Below the pieces are notes generated by a model. The model saw only the letters and a list, made by a program, of their open reading frames with translations. It was not told where the DNA came from and did no database searches. Made by a program: the position numbers and the translations under genes. Shown piece after piece: positions 58,678-64,000 of a stretch of 64,000 bases of DNA. The stretch lies in IMG/VR virus record IMGVR_UViG_3300030098_004740, positions 28,626 to 92,625 of that record. One strand, written 5' to 3'. Within the stretch, counting starts at the first letter, position 1. The number at the start of each line of letters is the position of its first letter. This stretch comes from a virus.

Positions 58678-59924
58678 TTCTTTTTACCCCATCCCTCAAG
58701 GATGAATCTTAGGGAATTTCTACCTAGTATATTAGTTATTGTTGTGTTTGAATATTTATCCTCATTTATACCGCTTCTGAAAGATGATAGATACCTAGTG
58801 AATCTTGGGAGTTCTGAAATATCCGTTATCTCATCTGGAGGATCGGTAAATCCGTCAAAGTCAGTTCCTATAGCTAGAACTTGGTCTCCTGCTATATTAA
58901 TTATATGATCTATTGTTCTTTCCAAATGCTTGAGTCCAAGACCAGAATCTATAGGACTCAACCAATAGTTCATAAATATGATTCCCATTAGACAGTTGTG
59001 ATCTGCCAGCCATTTTATTTCCCAGTCTTCCAAGTTCAATGGGTCTGGATTAACAGAAAAAGCCCCAATGTGACTTGCGATTACTTTTGATGAATCATTT
59101 CCTACTATATCATACACCTCAGAACGAGCTTTAGGCGTGCAATGGGTGATGTCTATTATCATACCCATATCTTTCATGGCTTCCACCACTTTTTTACCGA
59201 TAGATGTAAGCCCTTTGTTCATATCCCAACCCGCCATTAACTGCTTCCAGTTACTTTTTTTGATTCCGTACTCTGGATAAGGAAATACTGGAGACACTAA
59301 ATGGTTTGGATAAAAGTGAGCAAGAGTAAGATAAGCCACACCTCTATCATAAAAATGTTCAAGGTTTTTCAGCAATTCGTTTTCAACGAGTGGCTTTAAA
59401 GCAGTGGATTCTTCTACTCTTTTCTTTGCCAATTCTCCGTTAAGTGAGTGACCTCCTTCAACAGAATGAATCATGGCTATGTCACTATTCACAATGGCAT
59501 CTTCTAGTTCTTTGATGTTTTTTACAAACTTAAATTTGTTGTCAGAAAAAGAAATATCACTGTACAATTCTACTTCTTTTTCCATACGATCCATCATCGC
59601 ATTAGTTGCGTCAAAGTAAGTTGGCTGAAAGACTCTTTTGTTTACTGATGGATACAGCCATTTCAAAAACTTAATTAGTTTTTGATCGTCTACCCATTCT
59701 ATTTCAGGTATATAAGAAGTTGAAAGAACTACGTTTAACCCTCCCTCTTCCATCTTTGGTAAAGTGTTTCTTTCACTCAAAGGCCAGAAAGACCTTTTGA
59801 ATAATCTAGTCAAGAACCTAGAATCTTTACCGTCAAGAGAACGGTCGAACAAGAAATTTTTAAGTGTGCCGTGATTGTGCCAATCGAATACGATGGCTTG
59901 ATCGTGAATGTCTTGCCAGTTCAT
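58674..59924 (-). CDS. Membrane/renal dipeptidase family (M19) amidohydrolase
   Basis: DWHNH, SVEGGH, YLTLAH, GLT..GK, IDITH, IASH, IGTDFDG. Confidence 0.88.
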   Translation of the reverse strand: MNWQDIHDQAIVFDWHNHGTLKNFLFDRSLDGKDSRFLTRLFKRSFWPLSERNTLPKMEEGGLNVVLSTSYIPEIEWVDDQKLIKFLKWLYPSVNKRVFQPTYFDATNAMMDRMEKEVELYSDISFSDNKFKFVKNIKELEDAIVNSDIAMIHSVEGGHSLNGELAKKRVEESTALKPLVENELLKNLEHFYDRGVAYLTLAHFYPNHLVSPVFPYPEYGIKKSNWKQLMAGWDMNKGLTSIGKKVVEAMKDMGMIIDITHCTPKARSEVYDIVGNDSSKVIASHIGAFSVNPDPLNLEDWEIKWLADHNCLMGIIFMNYWLSPIDSGLGLKHLERTIDHIINIAGDQVLAIGTDFDGFTDPPDEITDISELPRFTRYLSSFRSGINEDKYSNTTITNILGRNSLRFILEGWGKKK

Positions 59925-60338
59925 CTAAATAACCCCTGAAGCCAACGGGTAAACGTATACAGCAGGCTCTTCAATTTCTTTATAATATTCTGGAAATGGA
60001 CTCATTTCAAGGTTGACTCCAGTTACGCTTTGAACACTAAACGACTCAAGAATCACTGTATTGGATTCTATAGCTGTAGAATGAAAATTATCTGTCACTG
60101 CTTGAACTGTGGTGTAAATTTTTGCATAGGTATCAATTAATGATCCTTCTACATCCCATGCCGGAATAACGAATTCTAGTTCATTAACCCAAGGTTCTAC
60201 TTCTCTTTCAAAAAGAAGGTCATTCCAAGGTTCACCCGTGTCTTCATTAGTAAGTACTCTGTAAGCACTAACTATTTGTTTTGTAATACTTGGGTCAGGG
60301 GAAGTTATCCACCGAACCTTTAGTTCTGGGTATTTCAT
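59925..60338 (-). CDS. Hypothetical protein, possibly FN3/Ig-like
   Basis: LKVRW...AYRV...TVQAV pattern. Confidence 0.5.
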   Translation of the reverse strand: MKYPELKVRWITSPDPSITKQIVSAYRVLTNEDTGEPWNDLLFEREVEPWVNELEFVIPAWDVEGSLIDTYAKIYTTVQAVTDNFHSTAIESNTVILESFSVQSVTGVNLEMSPFPEYYKEIEEPAVYVYPLASGVI

Positions 60339-60853
60339 TTTCTATGCTCCATAAACTCATGTCTGAATTGTTTTTTTATTAGTTTGAGATTTCTGCGTTC
60401 AACGTCGTAGTCTGTGTGGCTCGTCTTTATGCTATTACATATAACTCGTAAATAGGTATCGCTATTCATATCGTAGAAAGTAAAATGCCATTTTCCATTG
60501 ATAAGATTCCATCTTAAGTTTTGCTTGTTGCTCCACCCCTCTTTTAATACAACGTAATCTCTTATAACAAAATCAGAAGTCATTTTGTATTCATCAGTCA
60601 GTTTGCCTTCTTTATTTCTAACTGGTAATAAAACGTCATACCTAAAAGACCAGAAAATGGCCTGCTTCATATAGCAGACCACTCTCTCATCTATCTCGTC
60701 GTATCTGTATACATGATTAATTTCTACATAGTCACAGTATTCAACTATTTCTACTTCGTAATTATCAGGCGCAGACAGGACAGGCGCAACTATCATCACA
60801 GATGCAATCACCGCCATCAATATGGCACTCACAAGCCTCTTCACAATCTTCAC
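60335..60853 (-). CDS. Hypothetical exported protein
   Basis: Signal-peptide-like N-terminus MKIVKRLVSAILMAVIASVMIVAPVLSA. Confidence 0.6.
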   Translation of the reverse strand: MKIVKRLVSAILMAVIASVMIVAPVLSAPDNYEVEIVEYCDYVEINHVYRYDEIDERVVCYMKQAIFWSFRYDVLLPVRNKEGKLTDEYKMTSDFVIRDYVVLKEGWSNKQNLRWNLINGKWHFTFYDMNSDTYLRVICNSIKTSHTDYDVERRNLKLIKKQFRHEFMEHRK

Positions 60854-61007
60854 AACTTTCTGGAATGTTTACTTCAATCGGATCAGATCCGGGTACATCT
60901 ATAATAATTCCATCAAGTCCTCCGTTTTGCCATACAGCAAATACTAGAGCCATGATTATTGACAGTATTGCCATAATTCCTTTTTTACTTTTAATTGCTT
61001 CTTTCAT
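60765..61007 (-). CDS. Membrane-anchored protein with metallothionein-like Cys tail
   Basis: GGAG RBS before MKEAIK; TM helix; tail CEDCEEACECHIDGGDCICDDSCACPVCA. Confidence 0.65.
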   Translation of the reverse strand: MKEAIKSKKGIMAILSIIMALVFAVWQNGGLDGIIIDVPGSDPIEVNIPESCEDCEEACECHIDGGDCICDDSCACPVCA

Positions 61008-61020
61008 TTTATTTCTCCAT

Positions 61021-61057
61021 AAAATAGGGGGTAAGGAGTAATTACCCCATACCCCCA
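61021..61057 (-). terminator. Probable intrinsic terminator
   Basis: - strand GGGGGTATGGGGTAATTACTCCTTACCCCC followed by TATTTT. Confidence 0.65.
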
Positions 61058-61072
61058 TTAATTACTAGCTAA

Positions 61073-61378
61073 CTAGTCTAACTTTTTATCAATTCTATCT
61101 AGAATATCTGCGATCCTCTTCTGGTCTGTCACCATCTTAGTCATTACTCTTTGCATGTCGCGCTGAATTTCAGCCCAACTGCGAGGAACATAAACTAGTG
61201 GTGTTCCATCAGTGTCACATCGTTCGTGTAATTCATGTAGTCCTTGTAACCAATTTCTTTCTTCTAAGCTCAAACAAGAGTCTTTGGAAGATTTTTTTGA
61301 AATCAACATCTCTATTACCTTTAGCAATCCCATCGTTATAGCAATTACAGCGGCTAGCGCTGGCATTTCTGAACCCAT
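61073..61378 (-). CDS. Small membrane protein with coiled coil
   Basis: GAGGTG RBS; N-terminal TM; C-terminal heptads. Confidence 0.65.
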   Translation of the reverse strand: MGSEMPALAAVIAITMGLLKVIEMLISKKSSKDSCLSLEERNWLQGLHELHERCDTDGTPLVYVPRSWAEIQRDMQRVMTKMVTDQKRIADILDRIDKKLD

Positions 61379-61408
61379 GATTCACCTCAATTCTAAATTG
61401 ATAGGACA

Positions 61409-62470
61409 TTAACCTCCAGTTAGTGCGCTGTAATCCATCAAGTTTTCACTTCCACTACCATCGCCGCTTATGCTAGCTCCAGTGTAGGAAACGAAGTTCT
61501 GAAGAATAACAAATTCACCGCCTCTAGGAGCAGCACCAAAACCGACAGCCGCAGCATGGTCACTAGCAAGCGCTCGGCTAGTTCCCCAACCAGAGATACC
61601 TGCCTTAGCAGTGTTATCATCTTGTCGAAGTCCAGCATCGCCACCAGCAGTTCCGCCATGGAACTGAGCAGACGTTGGGTCTCTGTAGAGATTGAAAATT
61701 TGTCCAGAAAGCAAACCCTTACCTCGGTAAGCAGTCTTGACATGGATATTACCAGTCCTGCGACTACTAGTATCTGAAGCACCACTTAAGATTGGGTTAA
61801 GTGAAAGACCAGAAATCTTGTTCACTACACCGCCTCTAATAACGAAGCCTGTGTCTGTGGATGAACGAGTTGCTGGCCCACTGTAAGCCAAAGTTCCACT
61901 AGAATTACCTTTAGCAATTCCGGGTACATAGGAGCTACCAGTTCGAGCAGTAACTTTAGCACCAGAGGCTCTAGAGCCTGAATTAGTGTCAATAAGAGAC
62001 TTAGCTGCGAACTTAGATCCAGAAATAGTACCACCATTTGCAACAGTACCCTTGTCGTTTTGCTCAACAATTGCACCACCAGTAAAATCAACAACAGTTA
62101 CGTTAGCTAATCCACTAGTAATCCCTGCTCCACTCCAAAGGCCAGTGCCTCCATTACCATGCGGACCTTCTGTAGGCTGAACCAATGTAAGACCACCAGA
62201 TCCATCATCAGTAACAGTAATAGACTCGTTATGACCATTTGCATGATCCATACAAGCCTTCAAAGAAGTAGCTGCGGCAGCTGCCGTGCTAGCTCTATTG
62301 AAAAAACCATCAGCTAACGTTTGAGAACCTTTAGCCGTGTAGGTCTTGGAAGTACCTTGTGAATCTACGATGACGATTGTCTCATCAGCCGCAGGTACAC
62401 CAGAAAAAGTAATAGTTGCAGACGCTTTCGTGCCTGAAGTAACAAAGTTTGTGTGTAGAGTAGTAGTCAT
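61409..62470 (-). CDS. Putative virion structural protein (Gly/Ser/Thr/Ala-rich)
   Basis: KASATITFSG.P...ETIVI..KTYT...DFTGG resembles tail sheath/decoration domains; preceded by the promoter motif. Confidence 0.6.
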   Translation of the reverse strand: MTTTLHTNFVTSGTKASATITFSGVPAADETIVIVDSQGTSKTYTAKGSQTLADGFFNRASTAAAAATSLKACMDHANGHNESITVTDDGSGGLTLVQPTEGPHGNGGTGLWSGAGITSGLANVTVVDFTGGAIVEQNDKGTVANGGTISGSKFAAKSLIDTNSGSRASGAKVTARTGSSYVPGIAKGNSSGTLAYSGPATRSSTDTGFVIRGGVVNKISGLSLNPILSGASDTSSRRTGNIHVKTAYRGKGLLSGQIFNLYRDPTSAQFHGGTAGGDAGLRQDDNTAKAGISGWGTSRALASDHAAAVGFGAAPRGGEFVILQNFVSYTGASISGDGSGSENLMDYSALTGG

Positions 62471-62542
62471 ATTAAAAACCTTTCTTAATGACTATTGTCT
62501 ACGGTTTCCTTTAGTTCCTATAATAAGAGTCCAATCCTACAG

Positions 62543-62557
62543 TATTATACACCATTA
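62543..62557 (-). promoter_or_regulatory. Putative phage promoter TAATGGTGTATAATA (copy 2)
   Basis: Exact match to 19103-19117. Confidence 0.65.
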
Positions 62558-63187
62558 GATGATGTCTTCTGTAGCTTTGGAAGAAATAAGCCTGAGAGCA
62601 TATACGTCTAGGTCTTCAAACATTTTTACATGTTCTTTGTTAAAAGCCCTGACACAGGGTGTAACCTGAACACCTGTTTTGCTCTGTATTTCATAGGAAA
62701 TGATGGCATTATCAGACAAATCATCGGCCACAAACCCAGTAGAATTGATTACATTGTAGACGTTTGCGTTGTATAAAAGATCGCACATCAACAGTACGGT
62801 TTTAACAGGAAACAAGCGATATTCCATAATAACCCTAAGCTCTATACCGTGTTGATTGCAGACAGTTTGACAAGTCTTCAAGTCTTCCCGTATTTTCCTC
62901 CAGTTCTCTTCCTTAATAAAACTATTATTCAAAACTAGGTCAATGTAAGAAGCTCCTTGTCTGATAGCAAGGATTATTTCGTGGACTCTAACAGATGTTC
63001 CACTAAGACCGTAAGGGAAATCAATAGCTACAGAAAACTTTTGATCGTTTGTGAATTCAGTAAGACGGCTCATGAAGCCAGAGGGTATAGCTACGCAGTC
63101 AACTCTTTTTTGAGCTGATGTAAAAACGACAGACAACAAATCTTTGAATGTTGAATCATGATTATAAAATGCTAACTCGGTAAACAT
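62555..63187 (-). CDS. DeoC (deoxyribose-phosphate aldolase)-fold protein lacking catalytic lysines
   Basis: IDFPYG, E...AIRQGA..IDLVLN, LRVIME, INSTGF. Confidence 0.75.
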   Translation of the reverse strand: MFTELAFYNHDSTFKDLLSVVFTSAQKRVDCVAIPSGFMSRLTEFTNDQKFSVAIDFPYGLSGTSVRVHEIILAIRQGASYIDLVLNNSFIKEENWRKIREDLKTCQTVCNQHGIELRVIMEYRLFPVKTVLLMCDLLYNANVYNVINSTGFVADDLSDNAIISYEIQSKTGVQVTPCVRAFNKEHVKMFEDLDVYALRLISSKATEDII

Positions 63188-63681
63188 AGTTGTTTCAATT
63201 TATCCACTGCGTCTATTATTCTTCTTCTTGCTGTCTCTCTACCATATCCATTTTCTTTTCCTATTTCTTTTGTCGTTTTTGATTCATAGAATCTTTTGAA
63301 AATTATCTTTTGAGATTCTTCGTCCAGTTTTTCGATAAGCTCCAAAAATTCAACTTCGTCTAAGTCTTTTTCAAACCCAGAGATGTCTGATATTAAGGAG
63401 GAGGCATATTCGTTTCTTGGTATCCTTCTAGCTTTGTTTATTTCGTAGAGTTGTTTTTGACATTCCCAAAACAATCTATTGCATAAAAAAGACGTAAACT
63501 TACAGTTACCTTTAGAAGGATCATACTTTTCTATTGAGTGCCACAATGCGATTAGCTTGCATCGCTCAAGCTCTTCGTAGGGAATAATATCAATGTACTT
63601 TGAACATATTTTGTTCATAACATTAATGTTATCCCTGTTTGCTTGAGCTTTTTTTATCTCTTCGCTTGTGACCTTCTTCAT
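63172..63681 (-). CDS. Sigma-70-family sigma factor
   Basis: ALWHSIEKYDPSKG..KFTSFL; region 4 RFYESKTTKEIGKENGYGRETARR. Confidence 0.8.
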   Translation of the reverse strand: MKKVTSEEIKKAQANRDNINVMNKICSKYIDIIPYEELERCKLIALWHSIEKYDPSKGNCKFTSFLCNRLFWECQKQLYEINKARRIPRNEYASSLISDISGFEKDLDEVEFLELIEKLDEESQKIIFKRFYESKTTKEIGKENGYGRETARRRIIDAVDKLKQLCLPS

Positions 63682-64000
63682 CTATTTCCTTTTCCCAAGA
63701 GTAATCCCAAATCTCATCTATGATTTTTCTTTTCTTTGCTTCCTTTGGACAAAGCCAAAGTCCGTGTTGTATTTCTTCTACAAATTTACTAATAGAAGCT
63801 TTTGTTCTTTTTTTGCAATTTTTTGCAACTTTATTAATTATATCTGCATACTTGTAATCAGTAAAAGCCGTATATGCTTTTTGATTCGCTACATAATCCA
63901 TGTCCAAATCAAACAAAATTGGATGCAACATTATTGTTGAGTTTTCTGTTGCATATTTTTTTGATCCAAAAGTCAATATGTATGCAGCAGCTGAGTATGC
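63629..64000 (-). CDS. ClpP/S14-like peptidase, 5'-truncated by the window
   Basis: The frame is open to the edge: AYSAAAYILTFGSKKYATENSTIMLHP...LWLCPKEA...IIDEI. Confidence 0.75.
   Translation of the reverse strand, partial: AYSAAAYILTFGSKKYATENSTIMLHPILFDLDMDYVANQKAYTAFTDYKYADIINKVAKNCKKRTKASISKFVEEIQHGLWLCPKEAKKRKIIDEIWDYSWEKEIDEEGHKRRDKKSSSKQG

Noticed and set aside
20355-63940. Short + strand ORFs and nested alternative-frame ORFs (e.g. 48525-48755, 53408-53698, 61468-61785)
   Set aside because: They overlap well-supported genes and lack motifs.
1-64000. Stop-codon reassignment, as seen in some large phages
   Set aside because: Conserved genes are full length in the standard code and tile tightly; TAA, TGA and TAG all end genes at expected positions.
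19918-64000. Bacterial chromosome origin
   Set aside because: T4-type dNMP kinase, divergent RecA/DnaB/primase, DUF6321-like and GLGD-CGC phage proteins, many small orphan genes and no ribosomal or core metabolic operons all point to a phage.

Overview
This window is a gene-dense, AT-rich segment of a large tailed dsDNA bacteriophage (jumbo-phage-like) using the standard genetic code. I see no rRNA, tRNA or CRISPR array. There are two convergent blocks. (1) + strand, 1-19860: giant Cys/Trp/Gly-rich, probably virion proteins (>1783, 596 and 3760 aa) plus two smaller genes. (2) - strand, 19918-64000: ClpP-like fragment, sigma factor, DeoC-like pseudo-enzyme, small membrane proteins, M19 dipeptidase, two thioredoxins, a small sugar cluster, a candidate structured RNA, nrdA/nrdB, dUTPase, PhoH, RecA, DnaB, primase, dNMP kinase, nucleases, a two-piece DnaE with a DEDDh exonuclease gene between the halves, SSB, a second sigma factor, a ~12 kb glycosylation cluster and a Rad52-like protein. 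The most notable observations are: a small C...C-xxx-GG-x-W module inserted recursively inside copies of itself in the giant proteins, with a candidate cytoplasmic CPHC oxidase nearby; an intein-free split DnaE; an R2 subunit with class Ic (Mn/Fe) signatures; a promoter-driven structured RNA with tandem terminators upstream of nrdA; and several enzymes with substituted catalytic residues. All family assignments come from reading motifs by eye; no database searches were run.
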